Positions 29,925-40,100 are shown, numbered from the stretch's first letter. The stretch: DNA of 64,000 nt from Cyanobacteriota bacterium (GCA_033764955.1 JANRIL010000029.1:29878-93877); one strand, 5' to 3'. Notes: a model not told the origin generated them from the letters alone. A program made the numbers and translations.

Positions 29925-30497
29925 CTACTTTTTCTTCTCCAGGATATCAATAATCTGACGAGCAAAAAGATGACAGTGATTCCCCGTACGACCCGTTACC
30001 AAATCACCATCCACCACCACATCTTTATCTGTATAAATAGCTCCCATATTGATCACATCTCCATGGAGATTATTGTGACAAGTGACGGGGCGACCTTTGA
30101 CCAATTCGGGAGCGGGAGAAACCAGCCACATTCCATGACAAATAATCCCCTTCAAAATGCTTTTTTCTGCGAAAGCACGCTTCAGAAATTCGGTGGCAGG
30201 AGAAAGTTTACTGACATCCTCGGTATAGCGGAGTCGATCCGATACCATCGCGGAAGGAACGATAATAGCCGCAAAACTCTTGAGGGTTTCATCATCCATA
30301 TTCTCAAAACTTTCATGACACTCAAACGGCGCATGATATTCATGTCCCTTAAAGGTTAAATAGGATTGCCCCCACAAACGAGTTAGAAAATGCAGATCAG
30401 CCCCTTCTTCAGGAAATCGGTAGTGATAATACCAAATTTCATGCTCGTAGAAATCACTTTCCAGCAGAATGCCTATTTTTTTACCTTTTAGCTTCAT
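29925..30497 (-). CDS. DJ-1/PfpI family protein
   Basis: KKIGILLE.DF.EHE (Glu), ICHG nucleophile elbow, D.DVVVDGDLVTGR. Confidence 0.92.
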   Translation of the reverse strand: MKLKGKKIGILLESDFYEHEIWYYHYRFPEEGADLHFLTRLWGQSYLTFKGHEYHAPFECHESFENMDDETLKSFAAIIVPSAMVSDRLRYTEDVSKLSPATEFLKRAFAEKSILKGIICHGMWLVSPAPELVKGRPVTCHNNLHGDVINMGAIYTDKDVVVDGDLVTGRTGNHCHLFARQIIDILEKKK

Positions 30498-30650
30498 GTG
30501 TCAAGGGATCCCAAATATTTTGTGGATAATGCTGCAAAGTTGAAGATGATGCCAACAACCGACTTGAGGAAGTGACCGGGGAGTTAGCTGCTAACCCCCC
30601 TAAATAACCTGCTTTTTGCACGCCAGTCTATGATTCTTGACTACCAACAA

Positions 30651-31175
30651 CTACTTAGGCTGACTCGCCGCATGAAGAGTAATCTTCTCCAGATAACTAA
30701 GATCCCAGCCCCGCGCCTTAAACTCAGAAGTTGCATTTTCCAGTAGTCCAAACGCATCCACAAATCCGACCTGTTTTCCAGATTCGTCAAGCTGAATCAA
30801 TGGACCCATCACATGAAACAGAGTAATCATGGTTTCATCACCTAAGATTTCTAGGGTGTGACTATCCCCAGCCGGCTCATAGACAAAAGCCCCTGGCTCA
30901 GCTACCCAATCATACTCTTTGTATTTCCACCGTCCTTGCAGGCAATACCCGACAACTGGAGCTGTGTGATGGTGGAGTGCTAACCCTGCTCCAGGTTCAC
31001 ACTTTAATAGTGTGGCAAAGGAGTTATTGACCAGATTAAACATCAAGAATTTGTTGGAAGTTCCATTCTCGTAAGGAAGCCAAAACCCATCCTCTGCTAA
31101 AATGGCATACCCATCAAAATAGTTGTTCTTCTTAAAGAAGAATTCAGCAGCGTGTGTGCTATAAGTGCCGCTCAT
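30651..31175 (-). CDS. cupin, 2,4'-dihydroxyacetophenone dioxygenase/ChrR-like
   Basis: HHHTAPV.GY.LQGRWKY.E.DW.A..G.FVYEP.G..HTL; GAGAGG SD before ATG at 31175. Confidence 0.8.
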   Translation of the reverse strand: MSGTYSTHAAEFFFKKNNYFDGYAILAEDGFWLPYENGTSNKFLMFNLVNNSFATLLKCEPGAGLALHHHTAPVVGYCLQGRWKYKEYDWVAEPGAFVYEPAGDSHTLEILGDETMITLFHVMGPLIQLDESGKQVGFVDAFGLLENATSEFKARGWDLSYLEKITLHAASQPK

Positions 31176-31343
31176 GGTTCTCAACCTCTCTTGTCGTGAG
31201 TTGTCGTAAAGTACCTTGCAAATCCTGTAATGATGCCCAGATTTTAATGAGGTCTGGGCTGCTCTCAATCTTTTTCAACAGGGTGATTTAAGAGTACTGT
31301 GCGTAGCTACGCTCCGTATCGAGCATAGTTATCCTGATAAAAG

Positions 31344-32438
31344 TTAGCTGGATAATCCTAGTTTTTGTCTAAGCAAATCAGCAATTTCATCATAGCCAAA
31401 TTTGATCGCCATATCGAGGGGAGTATTGCCATCATGACCAATCAAATCCAGTTTAGGGATCCCAGATTCGATCAATATCTTGGCTGCTTTGAGACTGCCT
31501 TGCCAAAGACTATCATGCAATGCTGTATATCCATTGTATGGACCTTGGGCATCTACAACTTCAGCAAAATCCTTGTGCTGAGCTAACACCTCTACCACAT
31601 CGGCATGTTGCATATAGCAAGATTTATGGATAGGAGTAGCTAACATAAAAGCATCCACAGCATGTAGGTCAGCTCCCGCTTCTAGAAGCATTTTGACAAC
31701 CTCCGTTTGCCCCATCGTCGCGGCAAATAGAAGGGGAGTTTGCCCATCAAAAGCAGTACTCTCAATCGGTGAGGGAACATTTACATCCTCTCCGGCTGCG
31801 ATCAACTGGCGGACTGTTTCAATCTGTTCTTCGGCAGTCAACTTGCCATCAAAATTGCCAATGGCCGCATAGATTTTTTGAGCCGATTTTTTGGCGGCGA
31901 GTCGCTGATCATAAGCATCAAACAAGGCGGTCATCTGCTTAATTTGCTCAGCTCGCAACGGATTAGTGGTCGCAATGGTAGTGGTATCTACACCAAAGGT
32001 AATCAACTCACGGGGGCTAAAACGAATGTCGGCGTTGATATAAGGACTAATACTCTCCTGCTCTAGCAAAAAAGCCACCATATCCACTTGGCGATACCAG
32101 ACTGCACTCCAGAGAGCAGTCATCCCATTGGTATGGCATTGTAAGTTGATGGGGGCTCCTGCTTTTAACAAAGTGGCGGCCACGCCCACATTGCCTCCCT
32201 GGGCGGCTAAATGCAGTGCAGAGATACCGATTACATTGTCCAAAATATTGACATCGGCTCCCCGTTCTAAGAGTAAATTAACGATATCCAATAGTCCCAA
32301 GCCAGAAGCCGCCATGAGAGGGGTTCGTCCCCCACTGTTCTTCTGATCGGGATCCGTCCCCGCATCCAAAAGAGCTTGAACTTGAGCAACATCTTTAGAC
32401 CAGACAGCCTCATGTAAAGGAGGTTGGGTTAGATTCAT
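31344..32438 (-). CDS. ankyrin repeat protein
   Basis: repeated G.TPL..A...G...IV.LLL..GAD.N units (about 7-8). Confidence 0.93.
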   Translation of the reverse strand: MNLTQPPLHEAVWSKDVAQVQALLDAGTDPDQKNSGGRTPLMAASGLGLLDIVNLLLERGADVNILDNVIGISALHLAAQGGNVGVAATLLKAGAPINLQCHTNGMTALWSAVWYRQVDMVAFLLEQESISPYINADIRFSPRELITFGVDTTTIATTNPLRAEQIKQMTALFDAYDQRLAAKKSAQKIYAAIGNFDGKLTAEEQIETVRQLIAAGEDVNVPSPIESTAFDGQTPLLFAATMGQTEVVKMLLEAGADLHAVDAFMLATPIHKSCYMQHADVVEVLAQHKDFAEVVDAQGPYNGYTALHDSLWQGSLKAAKILIESGIPKLDLIGHDGNTPLDMAIKFGYDEIADLLRQKLGLSS

Positions 32439-33053
32439 AAAACTTCACCCACAAAGATAAACAAAGAATAAGCCTGAGCTAACACCCACAAACAAGCATT
32501 CTATGGCTAACCAAAAAACCAGTTTGAGAACTCCTACTCCTGCAAAGCTAAAAAAGTCTATCGATTATTCTGTCTTACTGATCACCCTCAAGGATAGACG
32601 CCACCCCAAAAGTTTACGCAGAAGATCCAACCAGAGGGGAAAAACCCGAACAAAAATGGGGAAATTTTGGGGTTGCCACCAGTTTGTAAGTTGGGTTTTC
32701 CAATTCAAGCTGACTAATCAAATAAACTAAGCCAAGCTTAGGTTTTGCTCACAAATTTAGGTTTATCGGAAACAGGGCATCGAATGCATTACCTCATACG
32801 ATACCAAGCTTTTTTGATAAACGATCTTAAAAATAATCTGTATAAACCCAGCAGGTATTGGTGTCCCAGGTCACAATCTTGTGCGTTTGGGAGATCCGTG
32901 AACCCAGATTTGGGGGATTGGGTTAAAAAAAACTAAAGAATTTGCCTTGATTTTGTCAATAACAAAAGCCTATCGGGACGACTACCTTGAGGTTGTTGCC
33001 AACCTTAACCGTGCTACTCCCCAGGCGGCAAGAGTAGGGATCCCGGTTCGCTT

Positions 33054-33650
33054 CTACCCTTCATCCTCTTCATCGGCGTGAAAAGGGGAGCGATAGGTCG
33101 AATAGGTACTACGGCTAGTTTTTTTGATATTGTCTTTGATCGTTTCCAGATCGATATAGCGATCTGCTAGGTTAATTAATTGGTCGCTGGTCATCGAGCG
33201 CAGACTAACCACTTCGACCCGTACCCCCTGATAACTGACAGCATTGACCGCATAAGCTAAATCCCCATCGCCACTCACCAAAATGGCCGTTTCATACCAG
33301 CGCACCAAAGCCAGCATATCGACAGCAATCTCCACATCCAGATTGGCTTTTTTCGATCCATCTGGCAGTTGCATTAAATCTTTGGTAATTACCCGATACC
33401 CATTACGCCGCATCCACAACAAAAATCCTTGCTGCTTTTCGTTGCTGCGATCTACCCCCGTATAGAAGAATGAACGCAGTAGACGGGATCCCCCTGTTAA
33501 GGCAACCAGCAATTTGGTGTAGTCAATCTCAATCCCCAGCTGCAAAGCCGCGTAGAACAGGTTAGAGCCATCGATAAAAATTGCCACACGACCACGATTC
33601 TCTAGCACCTGCTCCGGGAAATATCCAGGATCCGGTTCAGGACGTAACAT
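33054..33650 (-). CDS. NYN domain (LabA/DUF88) protein
   Basis: AIFIDGSNLFY, KANLDVEIAVDM, LVSGDGD...V; GGAG SD before ATG 33650. Confidence 0.92.
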   Translation of the reverse strand: MLRPEPDPGYFPEQVLENRGRVAIFIDGSNLFYAALQLGIEIDYTKLLVALTGGSRLLRSFFYTGVDRSNEKQQGFLLWMRRNGYRVITKDLMQLPDGSKKANLDVEIAVDMLALVRWYETAILVSGDGDLAYAVNAVSYQGVRVEVVSLRSMTSDQLINLADRYIDLETIKDNIKKTSRSTYSTYRSPFHADEEDEG

Positions 33651-33934
33651 TATGTGTTGATCTCCAGGATTATTACCAAAAATTTGCTTAAAGGATTCAC
33701 TCAAAACTGGCTGGGATGAAAAATAAAGAGGGTTTTGAAAAAGGTAGCTAACCGAAATCGCGGAAGTGCGACGAGCGCAAGTCCCTGCCCAGATAGCTGT
33801 TGGATTGTATGCTTCCTTTTGCCAAGGGATTGGGGCTTGCATGACCCCAAAGATTAGGATCAGCCTATCTTTCACCCTAACTCAGAACTAAGACTTGTTA
33901 GGTTAAAACACCTAAAGAAAATTGGAAAGAACCG

Positions 33935-35476
33935 TTACAGCAGTCGCAAAAAGACGGGTTCGGGGGGTTGGGGGATCTGCTGGGCAGGCAGTTGTCCCCA
34001 ACTGGTCAGATCCCAGTGCAAGTGACGGGGATCCTGATAGCCAAAGCCCAACTGCTGCAGGATCTTCAGGCTGATTTGTGGGATCAAGGGGGAGAGCATG
34101 ACCGCCGCCAGCCGAACCGATTCCAGTACGGCAACCAAAATTTCCTCGACTATGGCTTGCTCTCCTTGTTTGTGGCGAGTCCAAGGAGCTTGTACATCCA
34201 AGAATTTGTTGCTGGCCTGAACTAAGCTGAGGATTTGGTTGCAGGCTTGACTAAACTGCAACTGCTGATAGGACTCAGCCACCTGCGGCACAAGACTTTC
34301 GGCTAATGCCCTTAAAGGGTGTTCCACCGCGATGGAGGTGGCGGGAATGCTGTAGTCCCGGTATTTTTTCAGCATGTTTAGGGTGCGGTTGAGCAGGTTG
34401 CCCAGATCATTGGCGAGATCGGCGTTGATCACATCCTTAAAACGGGTTTCGCTAAAATCTCCGTCCCGCCCCAGCTCGATCTCTTTGAGAAAGTAGTAGC
34501 GTACTGCATCTGCCCCAAAACGGTTGACCAGATCCAGGGGATCCAAGGTATTGCCGAGGCTTTTGCCCATCTTTTGCCCATCTTTGGTGAGAAAGCCATG
34601 CCCAAAGATCTGCTGCGAAATCGGGATCCCGGCGGACATTTGCATGGCGGGCCAATAGATGGCGTGAAACCGCACAATATCCTTGCCAATCAAGTGCAGG
34701 TTAATCGGCCACCACTTTTTCAAGGCATTGTCGAGGGTAGGAGCTTCCCCGTCCGCCAGCAAGGCGGTGATATAGGCGAGTAACGCATCAAACCAGACAT
34801 AAATCGTCTGACTAGGATCCGTCGGCACGGGGATCCCCCAGGAAACTTGAGCGCGGGAAATAGAAAAATCTCGTAACCCCTGTTTCACAAAGTTGAGGAC
34901 TTCGTTGCGGCGGCTTTCCGGCTGGATAAACTGCGAGCGTTCGGCATAGAGGCGCTCTAGCTTCTCTTGATAGCGGGAGAGGCGAAAAAAATAGTTGGGT
35001 TCATCCCGCCATTCGGTCGGCTTGAGATGAATGGTGCAGGTGTGCTGGGGACCCAGCTCGTTCTCGTCGTAGAAGGTTTCGCAACCAACACAATACCAGC
35101 CCTTTTGCTGTCCCTGATAAATATCCCCGCGCTGCCAAACCCGCTGAAAAAACTCCTTGACAATAGCCTGGTGACGGGGATCCGTAGTGCGAATCAAACG
35201 GTCGGGATAAATATCCAACTGACCCCAGAGGGCTGCAAACTCCGCCGCAATCTGATCGCAATGCGCTTGAGGATCCAGTCCCCGTTCTTCCGCCGTCCGT
35301 TGGATTTTCTGACCATGCTCGTCTGTGCCCGTTACTAGCCAGACTTCTTCCCCCCGCAAGCGGTGATAGCGGGCAATCGCATCCGCCACCATCGTGGTAT
35401 AGGCACTGCCCATGTGGGGGGATGCGTTGACGTAGTAAATCGGGGTGGTCAGGGCAAATCGAGAGGGCATGGACAT
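33935..35476 (-). CDS. metG: methionine--tRNA ligase (short form)
   Basis: TTPIYYVN..PHMGSAY, GTDEHGQKI, YVWFDAL, GKDI.RFHA.YWP, KMGKSLGN. Confidence 0.97.
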   Translation of the reverse strand: MSMPSRFALTTPIYYVNASPHMGSAYTTMVADAIARYHRLRGEEVWLVTGTDEHGQKIQRTAEERGLDPQAHCDQIAAEFAALWGQLDIYPDRLIRTTDPRHQAIVKEFFQRVWQRGDIYQGQQKGWYCVGCETFYDENELGPQHTCTIHLKPTEWRDEPNYFFRLSRYQEKLERLYAERSQFIQPESRRNEVLNFVKQGLRDFSISRAQVSWGIPVPTDPSQTIYVWFDALLAYITALLADGEAPTLDNALKKWWPINLHLIGKDIVRFHAIYWPAMQMSAGIPISQQIFGHGFLTKDGQKMGKSLGNTLDPLDLVNRFGADAVRYYFLKEIELGRDGDFSETRFKDVINADLANDLGNLLNRTLNMLKKYRDYSIPATSIAVEHPLRALAESLVPQVAESYQQLQFSQACNQILSLVQASNKFLDVQAPWTRHKQGEQAIVEEILVAVLESVRLAAVMLSPLIPQISLKILQQLGFGYQDPRHLHWDLTSWGQLPAQQIPQPPEPVFLRLL

Positions 35477-35685
35477 CTCAAGTCAGCAACAGAAGTAATC
35501 TTTATGCTATCCCGGATGGCTCCCCAAACTTGCCAGTCAGGTTGAGAGTCTGGCTTTTCCCCACCTCCAACCAGTGCCGCTGGATTGTAGTCTTTGCCTC
35601 TGCGGCCTGACCATTTTTTGAGGATAGTTTGGCTTGGGAGGTGTCCTGCCTGATGGGGATCCCTTTACCCACCCCCTGATCAGGA

Positions 35686-36690
35686 GTGCCTCGAATGCTA
35701 GTTAGTCAGCAGCCCGTCTTCCAACGCTTTTGGTATCCGGTCATGCCCATGACGGATCTTCAGCTCCAGCCCCGTTCCTTTCGCCTTTTGGATCATCCGT
35801 TGGTGCTTTGGGTCGATGCACAGGGGCAACCGGCCTGTGTTCTGGATCGCTGCTGTCACCGTTCTGCCAAACTTTCTCTGGGCAAAGTGATGGAGGGATC
35901 CATTCAATGTCCCTATCATGGGTGGTCGTTCAATGGCAACGGAGTCTGTGTGGCAGTCCCCCAACTCACCCGCTCACAAATTCCCTCCACCTACCAAATT
36001 CCGGCTTTTGCTTGCCAAGAACGCTATGGCTATGCCTGGGTATGCTTGCAGGAGCCATTAATTGGCATTCCAGAGATCCCCGAAGCTAAGGATCCTCAGT
36101 TCCGTTGGATCCCCCAGTTTTACGAAGTGTGGAATTGTGCTGGACTACGGCTGATGGAAAACTCCTTTGACAACGCCCATCCGCAGTTTGTTCACGCCAA
36201 CACCTTTGGGCTGCAAGCGCAACCGATCCCACCCAAACTAGAGTCTTTTGCCGAGACCCAGTGGGGATTTTGCATGACCTATACCTTGCCCGTCTTTAAC
36301 AGTGATCTGCAAAAACACAATCTGCATACCGAGAGCCAACAAACTCTACGCATCAGCGAAGCCACCTGGTTTCTGCCGTTTGTTCGCAAGCTGAAGATTA
36401 CTTACCCCAGCGGGCTAATCCACATTATCGTCACCGCTGCCACCCCGATTGATGACCGTTCCTCACAGATTGTCCAGTTTTGTCTGCGCAATGACCAGGA
36501 GAGTGAGGTCAGCCGGGAAAGTATTCTAGCTTTTGACCGACTGGTCACCCTCGAAGATCGGCAGATTTTAGAAAGCACCGATTATGACGTGCCCCTTTCG
36601 ATTAGCCAAGAACAACACATGGTTTCCGATAAGCCGGGTATTGTCATGCGGCACAAATTGGCGGCGTTACTGCGAGACTATACCAGCTAA
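35686..36690 (+). CDS. Rieske non-heme iron oxygenase (VanA-like)
   Basis: DRCCHRSA.LS.G...CPYHGW Rieske ligands; ENSFD..H..FVH mononuclear Fe motif. Confidence 0.9.
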   Translation: MPRMLVSQQPVFQRFWYPVMPMTDLQLQPRSFRLLDHPLVLWVDAQGQPACVLDRCCHRSAKLSLGKVMEGSIQCPYHGWSFNGNGVCVAVPQLTRSQIPSTYQIPAFACQERYGYAWVCLQEPLIGIPEIPEAKDPQFRWIPQFYEVWNCAGLRLMENSFDNAHPQFVHANTFGLQAQPIPPKLESFAETQWGFCMTYTLPVFNSDLQKHNLHTESQQTLRISEATWFLPFVRKLKITYPSGLIHIIVTAATPIDDRSSQIVQFCLRNDQESEVSRESILAFDRLVTLEDRQILESTDYDVPLSISQEQHMVSDKPGIVMRHKLAALLRDYTS

Positions 36691-36693
36691 ATC

Positions 36694-37182
36694 CTAGGTC
36701 AGTTGTTGGCGCATTTGCCCCACAATCCGCAACACGATCTGTACCCCTGTGGCCGCCTGCCAGCCTAGGATACCTACCGTTACCACATTGAGCAGGATAT
36801 GCAGGTTCCGCGCCCAGGCTTTCTGCCCGTCTTTCATGATCGGAGCCAGAGCCGCCGACAGCGCCACCAATCCCGTTAACCCCAAACCTGCCAACAAATG
36901 GGGTCCCACAAACAGTTTACCGTTAGTAATGTAGGTTACCGCCATTCCCCCCAAGGCACCAAACACCATTAATACTAAGAAAAGGGATCCCACTATAAAA
37001 TGCTTCTGGGCAAACTTGCCTTTGATCAAGTCTTTGCGCTCTTCGGCAGAGGCGGATCGCAGGCGGCGAGACTGAATGCCCAAATAAAGCGCATAAAGGG
37101 ACAAGCCCAAAGCCCCAAACATGAGTAGGGGGTGAAAGAAAGGGAGAGCCAGTTGCAAGGGCTGGGGAAGTTGCAAATCCAT
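36694..37182 (-). CDS. DUF4079 membrane protein
   Basis: HPLLM, KH...GS, GKLFVGPHLLAGL, R.LH..LN; four TM segments. Confidence 0.8.
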   Translation of the reverse strand: MDLQLPQPLQLALPFFHPLLMFGALGLSLYALYLGIQSRRLRSASAEERKDLIKGKFAQKHFIVGSLFLVLMVFGALGGMAVTYITNGKLFVGPHLLAGLGLTGLVALSAALAPIMKDGQKAWARNLHILLNVVTVGILGWQAATGVQIVLRIVGQMRQQLT

Positions 37183-37489
37183 AGGGAGCCAACACCAATT
37201 GACGCTAGCAGCTTAACATAAACACATAATCGAACCCAGACTCCGCAGGCTTTTGCCCAGAATCAGGGATCCCTACCTCCCACCTCTCTGGTTCGAGCGG
37301 CAGAAAGACTCTTTGCCCATCGACATGAGTTGCCAAATTTAGCCCCATAATTAAAGGGAGCGTTTAGCCCTAGTGAATTTCTTGGAATTGCCAAGCCCAT
37401 CCTCACGCCGCGCACGATTAAGGTTATTCTGGATCTTAATAAAGTTTTGTGATCGCTGCTTTTCTTACCTTACGAGGAGATGTGTCCCT

Positions 37490-38227
37490 ATGGCCCCTGT
37501 CAAAGACCTGTCGATGCTGGATCCCACCCCTGCTACCGGAAGCTTCGCTCAGGCCACCCTCGACTATGGCAGTGCCACTTACCGTGACGCCTATTCTCGC
37601 ATTAACGCCATCGTGATTGAGGGTGAACTGGAAGCCAACCGCAACTATCTCCAGTTAGCTGAGATGCTGCCCGAAGCCGCCGACGAACTGCATAAGCTGG
37701 CCAAGATGGAAATGCGCCACATGAAGGGATTTCAGGCTTGTGCCAAAAACCTGAGTGTTGAGGCAGATATGGATTTTGCTAAGGCTTTTTTTGCTCAACT
37801 GCACGGCAATTTCCAGACGGCTGCCGCCGCCCAGGATTTAGTGAGCTGTTTTGTCATCCAGGCTCTCTTGATCGAATGCTTTGCCATTGCGGCTTACAAC
37901 GTCTACATTCCCGTCGCCGATGAATTTGCCCGCAAAATCACCGAAGGAGTTGTCAAAGACGAATATCTCCATCTCAACTTTGGCGAAAAATGGTTAGGGG
38001 AACATTTTACCGAGGCCAAAGCGGGCATTGAGCAAGCCAATGCGCAAAACTTGCCCCTCATCTGGAAAATGCTGCAACAAGTGGATCAGGATGTGGCCGA
38101 ATTGGGCATGGATCGGGAAGCTGTTGTGGAAGACTTTATGATTGCTTATGGGGAAGCTCTCAACACGATTGGCTTTACGACCCGCGAGGTCATGAAGCTG
38201 TCCGCACAAGGGCTAAAAGCCGCCTAA
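37490..38227 (+). CDS. ado: aldehyde-deformylating oxygenase
   Basis: [55 protein letters not shown] before 37490. Confidence 0.97.
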   Translation: MAPVKDLSMLDPTPATGSFAQATLDYGSATYRDAYSRINAIVIEGELEANRNYLQLAEMLPEAADELHKLAKMEMRHMKGFQACAKNLSVEADMDFAKAFFAQLHGNFQTAAAAQDLVSCFVIQALLIECFAIAAYNVYIPVADEFARKITEGVVKDEYLHLNFGEKWLGEHFTEAKAGIEQANAQNLPLIWKMLQQVDQDVAELGMDREAVVEDFMIAYGEALNTIGFTTREVMKLSAQGLKAA

Positions 38228-38351
38228 GCTGTTCCCTAGAACTTATCTAGGCCATCAGCCAATGACGGTAGCCAAATGGTTTATCCCTTTGACTCGCAAC
38301 CACCCATTTCCCTCACCTATCGCCAACCCATCTAGAAAGAGTTGAGACCTT

Positions 38352-39377
38352 ATGTTTGGCCTGATTGGGCATCTGACGAGTTTGGCCCATGCCCAGCGCG
38401 TCGCTAGCAGGCTTGGCTACTCCGAATATGCTGACAATGACCTAGAGTTTTGGTGCATGGCTCCCCCCCAGGTGGTCGATACCATTCGGGTGACCAGCAT
38501 CACCGGTCAGCAAATCGAAGGGCAATATGTGGAGTCTTGCTTTCTGCCAGAAATGTTGGCGATGGGTCGGGTCAAGGCGGCCTGCCGTAAGATTTTGAAT
38601 GCGATGGCGCTGGCTCAAAAACACGGCCTGACCATCACAGCTCTGGGGGGATTTAGTAGCATCATTTTTGAAAACTTTAAGTTGGAAAGCCTGAAGCGGG
38701 TTCGCAATATCGATCTGGAAATTGAGCACTTTACGACGGGCAATACGCACACCGCCTATGTCATCTGTCAGCAGGTGCAGTCGGCGGCTCTCCGCTATGC
38801 CATTGATCTGGCCTATGCCACGATTGCTGTGGTAGGAGCCACTGGAGATATCGGCAGTGCGATTTGTCGTTGGTTGACCCATCGCTGTGATTTGGGACGT
38901 CTGCTCTTGGTTGCTCGCGATCAAGCTCGTTTAGAGGATTTGCACGAGTCCCTCGGTCAAGGGGAAGTCTGTTCCCTAGAACAAGCCTTGCCTCAGTCGG
39001 ATCTAATTATTTGGGTAGCCAGCATGAGCCAAGGGATGACTATCGATCCCCAGCAGCTACGGGATCCCTGCGTGATTATCGACGGGGGTTATCCCAAAAA
39101 TATGGCCAACATGGTGCAGCGACCGGGCTTGCATGTGATTGACGGCGGCATGGTCGAGCATTCTCTGGATATTGAGTGGAGCATCATGCAGTTTTTGAAT
39201 GTCGCGGATCCGGCTCGTCAGTTGTTTGCTTGTTTTGCGGAGTCGATGTTGCTGGAATTTGAGGGGCTGCATACCAATTTCAGTTGGGGGCGCAATCTGA
39301 TCACTCTTGAGAAACTGGATTTGATCGGTCAGCTATCCCGCAAGCATGGATTTCGTCCCCTCATGCCGAGTGCCTAG
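38352..39377 (+). CDS. aar: long-chain acyl-ACP reductase
   Basis: [47 protein letters not shown]; adjacent to ado. Confidence 0.97.
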   Translation: MFGLIGHLTSLAHAQRVASRLGYSEYADNDLEFWCMAPPQVVDTIRVTSITGQQIEGQYVESCFLPEMLAMGRVKAACRKILNAMALAQKHGLTITALGGFSSIIFENFKLESLKRVRNIDLEIEHFTTGNTHTAYVICQQVQSAALRYAIDLAYATIAVVGATGDIGSAICRWLTHRCDLGRLLLVARDQARLEDLHESLGQGEVCSLEQALPQSDLIIWVASMSQGMTIDPQQLRDPCVIIDGGYPKNMANMVQRPGLHVIDGGMVEHSLDIEWSIMQFLNVADPARQLFACFAESMLLEFEGLHTNFSWGRNLITLEKLDLIGQLSRKHGFRPLMPSA

Positions 39378-39380
39378 AAT

Positions 39381-40100
39381 ATGGCACTTCCTGGTACGGG
39401 CACGTTGGTCAATACCGCTGCGATTGCTCTGGGCACAATCATTGGCTGGACGTTAGGCAACCGCTTGCCCCGTCGGGTATCTGAGATTGTTTTGCAGGTC
39501 TTAGGTCCCGTCACCTTAGTGCTAGGGATCCAGATGGCTTTGACCGCACAGACGGCGGCGCAATCGGTGACAGTGCTGGTGGCTTTGGTGGTAGGGGCAG
39601 CAACGGGTGAGGCCATCAACATTGAGTTTTGGCTAGAGCAGTTGGGGAAGCGGTTAGAGACCTGGGTGAGTCGGCGTTTTGGCCCTAGCCCAATTACCCA
39701 AGCGTTTGTTACCACCAGTATTCTCTATGTAGTGGGGCCAATGACCATTCTGGGATCCATTCAAGATGGATTGGGGGATCCCTCTCTCCTCTTGATCAAG
39801 TCGGCTTTGGATGGAGTCGCCTCCATTGCCTTTACCACCAGTTTGGGCTGGGGAACGGCCTTTTCTATGATCAGTGTCTTGGTTTATCAAGGAATTTTGA
39901 CCTTGTTGGCGCGCCAGCTTACTGAGGTCTTTCAACCGGATGTGATTGCCGCCCTAACCGCTACAGGGGGCATTTTGGTGATGGGAGTGGGGATTAACTT
40001 GCTCGACATCAAGCAGTTGCGAGTGGGCAATTTCTTGCCTGCGCTGTTGCTGGTGGTGATCTTGGTATCCTGTTTCCCCCTTTGGGATCTCACTTTTTAG
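39381..40100 (+). CDS. DUF554 membrane protein
   Basis: GTLVN..AI, VGPMTILGSIQDGL, KSALDG, VGN.LPAL. Confidence 0.88.
   Translation: MALPGTGTLVNTAAIALGTIIGWTLGNRLPRRVSEIVLQVLGPVTLVLGIQMALTAQTAAQSVTVLVALVVGAATGEAINIEFWLEQLGKRLETWVSRRFGPSPITQAFVTTSILYVVGPMTILGSIQDGLGDPSLLLIKSALDGVASIAFTTSLGWGTAFSMISVLVYQGILTLLARQLTEVFQPDVIAALTATGGILVMGVGINLLDIKQLRVGNFLPALLLVVILVSCFPLWDLTF

Noticed and set aside
32503..32936. Two short plus-strand ORFs in the AT-rich spacer
   Set aside because: No clear SD or protein-like features; more likely the cassette promoter region
37490..39377. ado-aar alkane pathway as a novelty
   Set aside because: Well-characterised, widespread gene pair
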